Positions 25,842 to 37,636 of a DNA stretch of 64,000 nucleotides are shown piece by piece. Positions within the stretch are counted from its first letter, which is position 1. Each line of letters begins with the position of its first letter. The notes below the pieces were generated by a model. The model was not told the origin of the DNA, ran no database searches, and worked only from the letters and a program-made list of their open reading frames with translations. The translations under genes and the position numbers were made by a program. Origin of the DNA: Neophaeotheca triangularis. Taxonomy: Eukaryota. The stretch covers positions 1-64,000 of the forward strand of contig BAAIJX010000007.1 in the NCBI GenBank assembly GCA_054600435.1, given 5' to 3'.

Positions 25842-28296
25842 TTGGGATGACTTGGGAACAAGGAGGATGTCGTCTGGGTGGGCGGTTTGCGGATGATTAG
25901 GCGGGAAAAAAGTCATGGCTTGCGAATGTTTCTTGCTCTTTGAATGAAGCCGTGTGTACATACCACGTATTAGATGAGGAGGAGATGGGCAACAGTACCC
26001 CCTCAAAGCCAATATATATATTTAGCGGGAGGTATACCGGCGGTTGGCGTCTGCATACTTTACTGCTTGTGTTGGACTCAAACCTCGGGTCCTGTCATCT
26101 ACAATTACCTTGAGGAATGAATGTCTTATCGCTCTCAAATGCCAGACGGTGCAAAATACGCGAGCAGAGTTGGCGGAGCTACCCATCAAGCCTGCGGGAC
26201 TACGTGAAGTGGTCTTCGCCCAGAAATCACCTTCCACAAAGGCAAAGACGACGACTTACCTTGGCCCTGTCGCTCCGCACCGGGACGCGAGAGGTTGTCC
26301 TGAAGGTGTTTTGGCCTAGGTATGTGCGTTTTGCGCTGGGCTGGAGTCGTGTCTTATTTTTGGGGGGGAGGGAGTGTCTGGTAGTGAGTTCGGGCTGCGT
26401 GGGGTTAGTGAATGGGGAAGTCGTGTCGGAGTCGAGCTGCTGTCGAGGTTGTCGCCGAGATTGGGGGCGGAGAGAGAGAGAGACATGGCTTGGGCGGGTG
26501 AGGTGGAGAGCGGGTGTTGCTCGCTTCGTGTTTGGTGGGCGTTTGTAAATTCCACTTTCGGGGAATGGAGGAGGTCTGGAGATGGCTACGACTTTCTCGA
26601 CGATAGCTGAGACGTGAGGTTTGGTTCCTTCCCATTTTGATTTGGCGTGCTCGTGTGGCCTCGCGATTGGAAGAGTCTCTTCCGAGTTGTTGGCTGGTTG
26701 GTCAGGAGTGGGTTTGTGGGTTTTTCGAAGCAGTCATGTTTTCACGTGAGCAGGTTGAATTGTTTAATCAACTGTTCCCGCTTGGCGAAATGGAAGCGCG
26801 CGAGTGACTCGCAGTGAGGCTGTGGAGATGATGGCCTGATATGTCTATCTCATGATGCCCAGAGAGGCTGAGGGGCGGTGCGAAGAGGTCGAAATGAAGT
26901 GACAAGATAGTAATAGTCTAATAGACGCTGGCTACGGTCTACCTACCTCCGATAGTAGGTAGGGGCAGTAGGGTTGGAAGGAGAGCGCCTAGACGTGCTA
27001 GACGTGCTAGACCTACGCCCCCCGACCGCGCGTGGAACTGTGAGTCGTGAGTCGTGACATTGAAACTTGAAACACTGGAGGCGGCTCCGGGTCATGATTG
27101 CGAGATGGGAGTGGATGGGCTATACCTGCCTATGGCGTGCAGCTGGCTGACTTTTCGGCGAGAAGCGGCTAAAAAGCCACCTCACGAATCACGATGCGAT
27201 GCGGATGCCGACTCGAGCCCAATCAATTAATTCAGCCCTCTTTAACCCCTGAACGACATATTGAAGCTTAATTCCCTTTTTGTTCTCTTCACGTGCACCA
27301 GCAGCACCACTCATCCTCTTCCAGGAGTCTAGGACATGGTGACATTGTGGACATTGCTCCTAATGGCGACGCAATGGCCTCACCACTGCCTGTGCCCGAC
27401 TCCATCTCGCCTGTCGTGTGGATAATGATAGCAAGCTCCTTTACCTCACACTCGCTTGAAGTCGCTTCCCACGCAGGCCATGTCGGTAGCACCGATTCTC
27501 ACGCGGCTCCATCCTTTGCCTACTAGCCGACCTCTTGTGTACAGAGGATTGGGCGGTATTGCAAGATACGGGGCGGTGCAGAAACACTATTCAAGGCTTC
27601 TGCGGTCCCCTTCTTCACCGTTTACCACCGCATCACTCTTCGAACCACTTTTCGCATTGCTGTGTCGGTGACACTCGTTTTCATGTCCTTCTTTCCTTTC
27701 CACCGCCTGCGACACGGTTCTTACTTACCTTCTTATTATTGTGTATTAGACTAATAGACCGACCAAGCCACAACACAACAGTCGTTACAGTATCCCGGCC
27801 TTGGAGAGGTCACACACCATTGTTTACATTTCGTCGAGACGGTGCCCCACTAGGACCATCACAAAAACAGGACAAAAAAAGACAGCCTGAACTTCACTGT
27901 CACCACGCCCGACCTTCACGTGGACTCAGAAATCACCCACGGAGCCCAGACAATAGCCATTGTGTGGTTGCGTGCCCGCAGTAACTGACCTTTGTCCACT
28001 TCACAAGTCCAAGACAAACACACCTTTGTCACCATTGTTCGCGAGACCACGACAACCCGAGTATAAACATTCGGAATCGTGTCTGGCAAGCGCCTTCGGG
28101 AGCAGAAACCGACCACTACAACTTTTGCAACTTTAAGAGAATCATCAACCGATTTCCATTCCATACCTCTGGCCGATCTACCCGAGCCCTTCGCTCTCAT
28201 CACATTCCAAGCCTCAACTTTCCACCGGATTGGAAAGGCCATCCGAATAGCCGAACCCTTTGTCCAACGAGAACAGAAACACCCTGGAACCTCACG

Positions 28297-30372
28297 ATGG
28301 AGTATTTACACCACCAACACCTCCACGGACAAGCACATCACCTGCTAAGCCGAGCTGCGGCGCCAGCAGATGACATCCTCGATGTCCGAGCACCGCACAT
28401 GGCACCTAGAGACGCACTACCTATACCGGAACCCTACCCAGCGAAGGACGTGACGGATTTCGGACACATTTACAACGAAACATGGGAGCATGCGGCGGCG
28501 CCATTTACGCATGGGTTGGAGGGTGTGGATCAGACGATGAATTTTCTCTTCGTCAATGTACTTTTGATAATGTTTATGGGGTTGCTTGCGGCGACGCTGG
28601 TGTATAGATGGGTGAATATGGGAAGGTCGCACTTGCGGCATATGGTGACACTGGGCCCGGACCGGGATCAGAGATACTGGATGCACAATCACAACACCTT
28701 CTGGCCGTGGATCAAGAAGAATCTTCTGTATGCACCACTCGGCAAGGTCCGCCACAATCGGGAGGTGCAGCTGAGTAAAGCCATCAGCGTTGGCACACTG
28801 CCTTCTAGGTTCCACACTCTGCTGCTCACGATATATCTGGGCGCCAACATTGCCTACTGCGTGGCACTTGACTACGGCACTGACGAGCATTCCGCAGCCA
28901 TAGTCGCCCAGGCACGAGGACGAACGGGAATCCTGGCCATCCTCAACCTCATCCCGACCGTGCTGTTTGCTCTCAGAAATAACCCTCTCATCCACATCAC
29001 CCGCGTTTCTTACGACACCTTCAACCTCCTCCATCGATGGTGCGCACGAGTTGTGATTATCGAGTCAGTCGCGCACACTATCTGCTGGGCCGTCAATGTC
29101 GTCCTAGCAGGTGGTTGGCAACAGCTCAACATCTCTCTCGCGACTTCCACAAGTTTTGCCGGCGGTATGGTGGGTACGGTCGTTTTTTGCGCCATTGGTA
29201 TTGGAGCGATTTCACCGTTACGACACGCTTTCTACGAAACCTTCCTGAATACCCACCGCTTGATGGTCATTGTGGCCCTGGCCGGGACCTACATCCACGT
29301 AGACTGGGCGAATCTGCCTTTCCTACCGTACATGCATTTTGTCTTCGCTCTCTGGGCTGCAGAATGGATTTGGCGATTCGGACGGATAGCATACCACAAC
29401 ATCAGCAGAAAGACTGGCGTAACCAAAATCACCGTCGAGGCTCTTCCGGCAGAAGCGTGCAGGGTGACTTTTGAGCTTGCACGGCCATGGCGATACACAC
29501 CGGGCTGCCATGTGCATGCCTACATTCCCACCCTGGCACTGTGGTCCAGCCACCCGTTTTCCGTCGCCTGGGGTGAGAACAAGCCCAAGAACCCACCTCT
29601 CGACGTGGAGTTGGAGAAAATGCATGCCACGAGCCTCCTCCCAGCCAGCGTCCGCGCAGACCTTACCACCAGGGCCTCAACCTACTCTACCGCCAACTAT
29701 CAACTCGCCACAAACGTCGAAGTGAACAAGAAAATCACCCACGCAAACGACGCACTCCCGCGTTCTAACAAAGTCACCTCCATCTCCCTCATCATGCGCG
29801 CTCGCACCGGCATGACGCGTAAACTCTACGACAAAGCCGCCGCCTCCCCAACCTCGACCTTCACAACCTGGGGCGCCATTGAGGGCCCTTACGGCGGCCA
29901 CGAGAGCATGGCCTCCTACGGCACCGTTATTCTTTTCGCCGGCGGCGTCGGCATCACTCACGCCGTCGGGTATGTGCACCACCTCCTCTCGCGCTACCAG
30001 CAGGGCACGACTTCGGTCCAACGCATCCTGCTGGTCTGGTCAGTCCCGAACACCGAAGCGCTGGAATGGGTACGCGTCTGGATGGACCAAATACTGCGCA
30101 TGGAGGGCCGGCGAGACGTGCTGCGGATACAACTGTTTGTGACAAAACCACGGCACCGCGGAGAGGTTCTGAGCAATACGGGCAGCGTGCAGATGTTTCC
30201 AGGGCGGTGCAATCCGACCACCGTCTTGGAGAAGGAGATGCAGGACCGCATCGGCGCCGTGGGGGTTACGGTCTGTGGGCCGGGTGCTTTTGCTGATAGC
30301 GTGAGGGCTGCGGTTAGGGGGGTTGTGACACAAGGGGCGGTGGATTTTGTTGAAGAGGCTTTTACGTATTGA
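28297..30372 (+). CDS. Ferric/cupric reductase transmembrane component (FRE family)
   Basis: 691-aa ORF with ALRNNPL, LLHRW and heme-ligand His helices, FAD motif HPFS, IEGPYG, NADPH motif FAGGVGIT, VCGP and terminal EEAFTY. Confidence 0.93.
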   Translation: MEYLHHQHLHGQAHHLLSRAAAPADDILDVRAPHMAPRDALPIPEPYPAKDVTDFGHIYNETWEHAAAPFTHGLEGVDQTMNFLFVNVLLIMFMGLLAATLVYRWVNMGRSHLRHMVTLGPDRDQRYWMHNHNTFWPWIKKNLLYAPLGKVRHNREVQLSKAISVGTLPSRFHTLLLTIYLGANIAYCVALDYGTDEHSAAIVAQARGRTGILAILNLIPTVLFALRNNPLIHITRVSYDTFNLLHRWCARVVIIESVAHTICWAVNVVLAGGWQQLNISLATSTSFAGGMVGTVVFCAIGIGAISPLRHAFYETFLNTHRLMVIVALAGTYIHVDWANLPFLPYMHFVFALWAAEWIWRFGRIAYHNISRKTGVTKITVEALPAEACRVTFELARPWRYTPGCHVHAYIPTLALWSSHPFSVAWGENKPKNPPLDVELEKMHATSLLPASVRADLTTRASTYSTANYQLATNVEVNKKITHANDALPRSNKVTSISLIMRARTGMTRKLYDKAAASPTSTFTTWGAIEGPYGGHESMASYGTVILFAGGVGITHAVGYVHHLLSRYQQGTTSVQRILLVWSVPNTEALEWVRVWMDQILRMEGRRDVLRIQLFVTKPRHRGEVLSNTGSVQMFPGRCNPTTVLEKEMQDRIGAVGVTVCGPGAFADSVRAAVRGVVTQGAVDFVEEAFTY

Positions 30373-31257
30373 GGAGCCGAATTGGGTTTTTCGTGAAGGT
30401 CTTTGGCTTCGATTCGTCTTTGCGGACCAGATTTTGGTCGCGATCAGTATCGTGTTATTACATAGCGCTGGTTTTATAGAGCCTAGATGCGGGTATAGTT
30501 CTCTTCGACTGCAATCTTAAATTTTTTTTTTTTCCCATGGTGGTGTTGGGATTCATTAATTAACTTTATATCATCTTTTGAGCCTCGGTTGCTCTAGTAA
30601 GGGATCAGAATGCAAAAAGCGATGAATGAGTGAGGTATACTTATATCTACGATGCCAAGATGATTTAATGTACGAGTAGAGAGTTTCGGCAGCCCCAGAC
30701 GGAGAAGCCCTGAGGCAACAGTGTGGGCGGCTATAGCCTGTACCTTAGCCTAGGAGGTATGGGATGTGTCGACGAGTGACAGCCGCATCTCTCGTGTGAC
30801 TGTCAGCCTTTCCCCTTCCGTCCGCACTCGATATTTCCGTACCTGAGTCCTTAGCAGGGGTCGTTAGATTTCTCTCCTCTCTGCGCATACACAACTAACC
30901 TTACGCGACCGACGTTATTGACGTTTGCTTCTCCGCCATAGGTACGTACAGTGAGGTAGTAGGCAACGCGCGAGATTCGGAAAGTCTCCACTCTCCACTT
31001 CAACCACGCCCCTCCAACTGTGACGAAGAAACGATTCCTCGCGCTTACCTTAGCGCTCTTAGCGAAACTTGTGCTCGAGACAGCTCCACACCTGCCACCC
31101 AGTCTCGAGCTCCCCATCCACATCCAACACAACCATACACAAACCCCCGTGCCGGAGGAGCGCACATCCAACCAAGCAGAGAGCCAGGTGCCACCAAATG
31201 GCCAGCTAAGCCCTTCCCTTTCCCGCACGCACCGCACGCACGCACCAAAAGGCAACC

Positions 31258-34200
31258 ATGGCAGGCGTCGAGGACAACTCGGAGCTGCACACGCGTCTGG
31301 CGGAGCTCGATCACGAACTGGAAGATGGCGACATTACGCGCAAAGGGTACGAGAAGCGCCGCACGGGGCTTTTGAGCGAGTACTTTGGCCCCGACAAGGT
31401 CGCGGAGCTGAATCGCGGGCTGAGGTTGCATAGTGTGGATGATTCTACGGATCAGACGGCGGGGGGGAGAGCGGAGAGCTTGCGCGATACGCCTGCTGCT
31501 GCTGGGCAAGGGGGGTATGGGTACGGATATGGGGATGGTGGGGGTGAACAGGATGCGCGGAGTATGAGTATGCAGAGTGGTATCATGGGTCAAGGACAGG
31601 GAGGGCTTGCCGCGCCGGATGGTGCTGCTTTTTACGTGGATCCGCCAACGCCTGGCTATGATAGCGGGCCGCCGGGTCCCGTGCAGAGGTTTCAAGAGCA
31701 GCAGCTCGGGATGCGCCCGCCGGCGACGCAGCGACAGTCGTCTTTTGGGGTGCCGGGGGGCAGTAGGCCGGGCTCGCAGGGCAGCTATTACAGCTCGAGG
31801 GAAGGCGGGAGCATGATGGGTTCGGATTATGCGTTTCAGCCCGACAACAGAAGTATTGGAGACGGGCAGCAGGCGTACAACAGCCCCAACAGCAGGCTCA
31901 GCACAATGATGGATTCGCAGGGTTACTTTTCGGATTTCACGGCACAGCAGATCGACGACAGCAGACCGCGCGAGAGCTATGGTGGGCCGCAAAGATACTC
32001 GGTTGGCGAGCCCTTTTCGCCGACTGCTGCCATTCCTCCCCCGTTCCTAGGAAGAGATGACTTACCTTCGTTACCAGTTCACCAGCTCCCTTTGGAACCG
32101 CGGGACGTGCCCTTTGCCGTTTACGATCCCCACAACCACAATATACCCATGTCCAAGTTCGACAACATCGGTGCGGTGCTCAGACATCGAGCCAAAATGC
32201 AAGCAAGACAACCTGCGTACTGGGTGCTGGATTCAAAGGGCAAGGAGACGGCGTCGATAACGTGGGAGAAACTGGCTTCGAGAGCGGAGAAGGTTGCGCA
32301 GGTCATACGGGATAAGACGAACCTGTACCGCGGAGATAGAGTGGCGTTGGTGTACCGGGATACCGAAGTGATCGACTTTGCTGTCGCATTGATGGGCTGC
32401 TTTATCGCCGGGGTGGTTGCAGTCCCGATCAACAACGTCGACGACTACCAGAAGTTGTCATTGCTACTTACCACGACGCAGGCGCATTTGGCTCTGACTA
32501 CCGACAACAACCTGAAAGCGTTTGGACGGGATATTAGTGCGCAAAGATTGAAATGGCCGACGGGGGTGGAGTGGTGGAAGACGACGGAGTTTGGGTCTTA
32601 CCACCCAAAGAAGAAAGAAGAGGCCGCACCCCTCCAAGTACCGGATCTGGCATACATTGAGTTTTCACGAGCACCCACCGGCGATCTTCGAGGCGTTGTT
32701 CTGTCCCATAGGACCATCATGCACCAGATGGCATGCGTCAGCGCCATTGTTTCCACGATACCTTCGCGGGAGAATACAGACACCTTCTCCGCCAACTTGC
32801 GTTCGGGCGATGGTAGCTTTGTCGCGCCAAGACAGGGGAAAGGGGAAACTATACTCTCATATCTTGACCCGAGAGAGGGTTGCGGTTTGATTCTGGGTGT
32901 GCTGCTCGGCGTTTACGGTGGGCATACGACTGTCTGGCTGGAGTCGAAGACTGTGGATACCCCGGGCATGTACGCTCATCTCATCACCAAATACAAAGCT
33001 ACAGTCATGGCGGCAGACTACCCTGGCCTGAAAAGGGCTGCCTACAACTACCAGCAGGACCCAATGGCTACGCGGAACTTCAAGAAGAACATGGAGCCCA
33101 ACTTTTCGTCTGTCAAAATCTGCCTAATCGATTCGCTGACAGTCGACTCGGACTTCCACGAGATTCTCGCCGACAGGTGGCTGCGGCCGATGCGGAATCA
33201 ACGAGCGCGAGAGTTGGTGGCGCCGATGCTGTGTTTGCCGGAGCACGGCGGCATGATCATCTCCGTGCGAGATTGGCTTGGGGGCGAAGATCGCATGGGA
33301 TGTCCTTTGAGCGTCGATCCGATCGAGGAAGATGTTCACTCGATGGCCTCTCCCAGTAGTCCCGCGACCAATGCTTCGGGACCGAATGGGTACAGCAGTC
33401 TGCTTGACGGAAGCGGGAATAGCGAAAAGAAGAAGGCGCGGAAACGTAATAGCACGGACATTTCGGAAGTCTTGCTGGACAAGGAGAGTCTCAAAACCAA
33501 CGAAGTGGTGGTCCTTGCCATGGGCGATGATGTGCGCAAGCGGTCCAGTGAACCTGGTACCGTTAGAGCTGCTGCTTTTGGCTACCCTATCCCTGACGCT
33601 ACGCTTGCTTTGGTGGACCCCGAGTCAAGTCTACTGTGTCCACCTTTCACAGTGGGAGAGATTTGGGTCGACTCCCCATCGCTTTCGGGTGGTTTCTGGG
33701 CGCTCCCTAAACATACCGAGACCATCTTTCACGCTCGCCCCTATCGCTTCGTCGAAGGCAGCCCGACTCCCGTCCTTGTCGAGCCGGAGTTCCTGCGCAC
33801 GGGCCTGTTAGGCTGTATCATTGAAGGCAAGATTTTCGTGCTAGGTCTGTACGAAGACAGGATACGACAGCGAGTGGAGTGGGTCGAGGCAGGTGAGGGC
33901 GAGATCGAACATCGCTACTTCTTCGTCCAGCACCTTGTCGTCAGCATCATGAAGACTGTTCCCAAGATTTACGACTGCTCGGCTTTCGACGCGCACGTCA
34001 ACGGCGAATACCTGCCCATCATCCTTATCGAGACTCAGGCTGCGAGTACGGCGCCCACGAGTACTGGAGGCCCACCGAGGCAATTGGACATACCCTTTCT
34101 GGATTCGCTTAGTGAGCGTGTCATGGAGGTTTTGTACCAAGAGCATCACATCAGAGTCTACTGCGTGATGATGACTGCGCCGAATACTCTGCCTCGAGTG

Positions 34201-37050
34201 GTGAAGAACGGGCGGCGTGATATCGGCAACATGCTGTGCAGAAAGGAATTCGACAATGGCTCACTGCCCTGCGTTCACGTCAAGTTCGGTGTGGAGCGTG
34301 CTGTGCAGAACTTGCCGCTGGGTGATGACCCTGCGGGAGGTATCTGGAGCGCAGTGGCTAGCCAGGCCAGACAAGACATGCTCGCCCTGCACGCGGACAA
34401 GCAGTACTCTGGCGTCGACCATCGCGAAGTTGTCATCGATGACCGGACTAGCACGCCGCTCAATCAGTTCTCCAACATTCACGACTTGATGCAATGGCGG
34501 GTCTCGAGGCAAGCGGAAGAGCTCTCTTATTGCACAATCGATGGCCGTGGTCGAGAGGGCAAAGGCGTCAACTGGAAGAAGTTTGACATTAAGGTTGCTA
34601 GCGTGGCCATGTACCTCAAAAACAAGGTCAAAGTGCTACCGGGTGACCATCTCCTGCTCATGTATACGCACAGCGAGGAGTTTGTGTACGCGGTGCATGC
34701 GTGCATGTGCCTTGGCGCAATCGCAGTACCAATGGCCCCTATTGATTCCAACAGGCTGGCCGAGGACGCACCGGCACTGCTGCACATGATGCAGGATTTC
34801 AAGATCAAAGCAGTGCTGGTCAATGCCGACGTGGATCAGGTCTTGAAGCAGAAGACGGTCTCGCAACATCTCAAGCAGAGCGGTTTGATTCTCAAGGTCA
34901 CGCTGCCGCCGACTTACAACACCACCAAGCCGCAGAAGCAGAGTCATGGGTGTAGGGAGCTCAATCTGACTATTCGGCCTGCTTGGGTTCAGCCTGGCTA
35001 CCCTGTCATTATCTGGACGTATTGGACTCCCGATCAGCGGAGGATAGCTGTACAGCTGGGTCATAACACTATCATGGCGATGTGCAAAGTGCAGAAAGAG
35101 ACTTGCCAGATGACCTCGACACGGCCTGTGTTGGGGTGCGTTCGGAGTACGGTCGGCTTGGGGTTCATTCATACCTGTATGATGGGTATTTTCCTTGCTA
35201 CGCCGACCTACCTCGTCTCCCCTGTCGATTTCGCAGCGAACCCCAACATCCTTTTCCAAACAATCTCGCGTTACAAGATCAAAGACACCTACGCAACCGC
35301 GCAGATGCTGGATCACGCAATGGCTCACGGCGCAGGTAAAACCATCCCCCTCCACGAGCTCAAAAACCTCATGATCGCGTCCGACCAACGTCCGCGTATC
35401 GACATGTACCAAAAGGTGCGCATGGCGTTTGCACAGGCTGGCCTAGACCGCACCGCCATCAACACAATCTATAGCCACGTCCTCAATCCAATGGTCGCCA
35501 GCAGGAGCTACATGTGCATAGAACCGGTGGAGCTCTTTCTAGACGCCAATTCCTTGCGACGCGGCCTCGTCCTGCCCGTTGACCCGGACACGGAGCCTTT
35601 TGCCCTGGTGGTGCAGGACTCCGGCATGGTGCCTGTCAGCACGCAAATCAGCATCGTCAACCCCGAAACCAACCGCTTGTGTCTGGTGGGCGAGTTTGGC
35701 GAGATTTGGGTGCAGTCTGAGGCAAATACGCACGGTTTCTATGGGTCTAAAGACGCTTTTGATGCGGAGAGGTTTAACGGCCGGACTGTCGACGGCGACC
35801 CTGAGGTGCGGTACGTGCGCACGGGTGACTTGGGGTTCTTGCATAACGTTAGCAGGCCCATTGGTCCGGGTGGCAATATGGTGGAGATGCAGGTGCTATT
35901 TGTGCTTGGGGCTGTTGGGGAGACGTTCGATGTCAATGGGTTGCAGCATTTTCCTATGGATGTTGAGGCGAGCGTTGAGAGGTGCCATCGGGCGCTTGTT
36001 CGGGGCGGCTGGTACGTTTTGCATTCTTATTACTTGCTGGGTGCCGTGCAATGGCTGACTTCTCATTTTAGTGCCATTTTTTCCGCAGGCGGTCTCCTCG
36101 TCCTCGTCGCCGAAGTGCGCACCCGCGCTTTCCTCGCCTCGCTTGTACCCGTCATTGTCAATGCGGTTCTGAATGAGCATCAGCTGGTCTTGGATATCGT
36201 CGCCTTTGTCGCGCTTGGGGATTTCCCTCGCTCGCGCCTAGGCGAGAAGCAGCGAGGCAAGATCATGGGAGGTTGGGTCAGTCGTAAGATGCGCACGATA
36301 GCACAGTTCAGCATCCGCGATCCGGACGCCGAGAGCGGCGTAGGCACCCCCGTCCCTGACAACGCCTCGATGGGCCGCAGAGGCAGTGGTCAAAGCGGAC
36401 GAACCGGCAACGGCAGCATGATGAGAAACATGGGCGCTGCCGGCAGTTCACTCCGCCACGTCGAGAGCATCACACACCTCCCCAACAGCGTCGCGGAGGA
36501 ACCGTCCAACCTTCACCCGCAACAAGGCCGCGACGACTATTCGAGAAATCTGAGTCTGCAGACACCCTCAATGACGCAAGGCAATGCTCAGTCTCAATTG
36601 CTGAGAGGAGGCTACGAAGGCGGCGGATTCGCACAACCCGATGACCGCGACGCAAAGAGCGACAGTACACCTACAAACGAGACACCGAGGCCGTTGCAGC
36701 TGAACACTACCCTCGATTACTCGCCTGTCGAGCCAGCGGCTTTTGATTCGCCCGAGGAGATGATGCGACAGCACCCCGCTGAAAACCAGGCCCAAGCATC
36801 ATACCACCAACAGCCGTACCAGGCTTACAACGAACAGCAACCGCGACACCAGCAACGCAACAACGGCAACACGTACCTTTCCTACCGACCCGAGTCGCCA
36901 ATAGAAATGGATGTGGGCACGGCTTCGGGATTCCATGGTAACACCGGAGAAGGAAGTGGCGGCGGGCTGAGAGTCGCGAACCGCAGCAGCGACGTCAGCG
37001 ACGAGTGGCCGCAGGAAGCGCTGAGACATATGAACTTGAGCGAGCGTTAG
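31258..37050 (+). CDS. CPS1: CPS1/DIP2-family protein (N-terminal DMAP1-binding domain plus two adenylation/FAAL-like domains)
   Basis: N-terminal ELEDGDITRKGYEKRR, LAYIEFSRAPTGDLRGV, FLRTGLLG, YVRTGDLGF and FPRSRLGEKQRGK. Probable 60-nt intron at 36012-36071 (GTACGT...GCTGAC...TAG). Confidence 0.93.
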   Translation: MAGVEDNSELHTRLAELDHELEDGDITRKGYEKRRTGLLSEYFGPDKVAELNRGLRLHSVDDSTDQTAGGRAESLRDTPAAAGQGGYGYGYGDGGGEQDARSMSMQSGIMGQGQGGLAAPDGAAFYVDPPTPGYDSGPPGPVQRFQEQQLGMRPPATQRQSSFGVPGGSRPGSQGSYYSSREGGSMMGSDYAFQPDNRSIGDGQQAYNSPNSRLSTMMDSQGYFSDFTAQQIDDSRPRESYGGPQRYSVGEPFSPTAAIPPPFLGRDDLPSLPVHQLPLEPRDVPFAVYDPHNHNIPMSKFDNIGAVLRHRAKMQARQPAYWVLDSKGKETASITWEKLASRAEKVAQVIRDKTNLYRGDRVALVYRDTEVIDFAVALMGCFIAGVVAVPINNVDDYQKLSLLLTTTQAHLALTTDNNLKAFGRDISAQRLKWPTGVEWWKTTEFGSYHPKKKEEAAPLQVPDLAYIEFSRAPTGDLRGVVLSHRTIMHQMACVSAIVSTIPSRENTDTFSANLRSGDGSFVAPRQGKGETILSYLDPREGCGLILGVLLGVYGGHTTVWLESKTVDTPGMYAHLITKYKATVMAADYPGLKRAAYNYQQDPMATRNFKKNMEPNFSSVKICLIDSLTVDSDFHEILADRWLRPMRNQRARELVAPMLCLPEHGGMIISVRDWLGGEDRMGCPLSVDPIEEDVHSMASPSSPATNASGPNGYSSLLDGSGNSEKKKARKRNSTDISEVLLDKESLKTNEVVVLAMGDDVRKRSSEPGTVRAAAFGYPIPDATLALVDPESSLLCPPFTVGEIWVDSPSLSGGFWALPKHTETIFHARPYRFVEGSPTPVLVEPEFLRTGLLGCIIEGKIFVLGLYEDRIRQRVEWVEAGEGEIEHRYFFVQHLVVSIMKTVPKIYDCSAFDAHVNGEYLPIILIETQAASTAPTSTGGPPRQLDIPFLDSLSERVMEVLYQEHHIRVYCVMMTAPNTLPRVVKNGRRDIGNMLCRKEFDNGSLPCVHVKFGVERAVQNLPLGDDPAGGIWSAVASQARQDMLALHADKQYSGVDHREVVIDDRTSTPLNQFSNIHDLMQWRVSRQAEELSYCTIDGRGREGKGVNWKKFDIKVASVAMYLKNKVKVLPGDHLLLMYTHSEEFVYAVHACMCLGAIAVPMAPIDSNRLAEDAPALLHMMQDFKIKAVLVNADVDQVLKQKTVSQHLKQSGLILKVTLPPTYNTTKPQKQSHGCRELNLTIRPAWVQPGYPVIIWTYWTPDQRRIAVQLGHNTIMAMCKVQKETCQMTSTRPVLGCVRSTVGLGFIHTCMMGIFLATPTYLVSPVDFAANPNILFQTISRYKIKDTYATAQMLDHAMAHGAGKTIPLHELKNLMIASDQRPRIDMYQKVRMAFAQAGLDRTAINTIYSHVLNPMVASRSYMCIEPVELFLDANSLRRGLVLPVDPDTEPFALVVQDSGMVPVSTQISIVNPETNRLCLVGEFGEIWVQSEANTHGFYGSKDAFDAERFNGRTVDGDPEVRYVRTGDLGFLHNVSRPIGPGGNMVEMQVLFVLGAVGETFDVNGLQHFPMDVEASVERCHRALVRGGWYVLHSYYLLGAVQWLTSHFSAIFSAGGLLVLVAEVRTRAFLASLVPVIVNAVLNEHQLVLDIVAFVALGDFPRSRLGEKQRGKIMGGWVSRKMRTIAQFSIRDPDAESGVGTPVPDNASMGRRGSGQSGRTGNGSMMRNMGAAGSSLRHVESITHLPNSVAEEPSNLHPQQGRDDYSRNLSLQTPSMTQGNAQSQLLRGGYEGGGFAQPDDRDAKSDSTPTNETPRPLQLNTTLDYSPVEPAAFDSPEEMMRQHPAENQAQASYHQQPYQAYNEQQPRHQQRNNGNTYLSYRPESPIEMDVGTASGFHGNTGEGSGGGLRVANRSSDVSDEWPQEALRHMNLSER

Positions 37051-37636
37051 CGCGATCGGCTCGGCGAATTCGTTGGTCATGAAGCGAGTGTTTCGTGACT
37101 ATGTCCATGACGATGCACATTTATAACTTTTAAGTGCGTGTACAGGCCACAGGCTACGGGGGACGAGGTATTATTTGTATAGCAGAGTAGGCATGGAGCT
37201 CTTGGCGTTTATAGGCTGCTAGACTGATGGGTCTGCTGGTTGGTTTCTTGCATTTGTCGGCGTAGTCTTTTTATTGTTGTTCCAGAGCGCACAACTGAGA
37301 TGGCTTTTTAACATGTTTGGTAGTACGACAAATCGAAGTCGCGGGAGTGAGGGTCACGAGGACAGAACGCTGACGCTTTGATCGTGGTACGATTGTTCAT
37401 TTGAAAAGCTTGAATCGAATGGATTGAACTGTACGTACTACTAACTCCGGCCGGGCTCACTGCCAACGGCGGCCATCAACGGCCATGGTATCATTCTCCA
37501 AGTTTTCCCGCCTTGGAACGCCTTGGACGCCGACCAAAAAAAGCAAGTCCCACGCATCATTGAAGCCCGCGGTCCAAAGAACCCCAAGCTCCCCTAAACT
37601 ACCTCACGATAACCCAAAGCAGCGTCCTAACCCACT

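Noticed and set aside
26022..26635. Short ORFs and a minus-strand GTAAGT donor-like site between the MFS and FRE genes
   Set aside because: I could not build a coherent spliced gene model, and no domain is recognisable.
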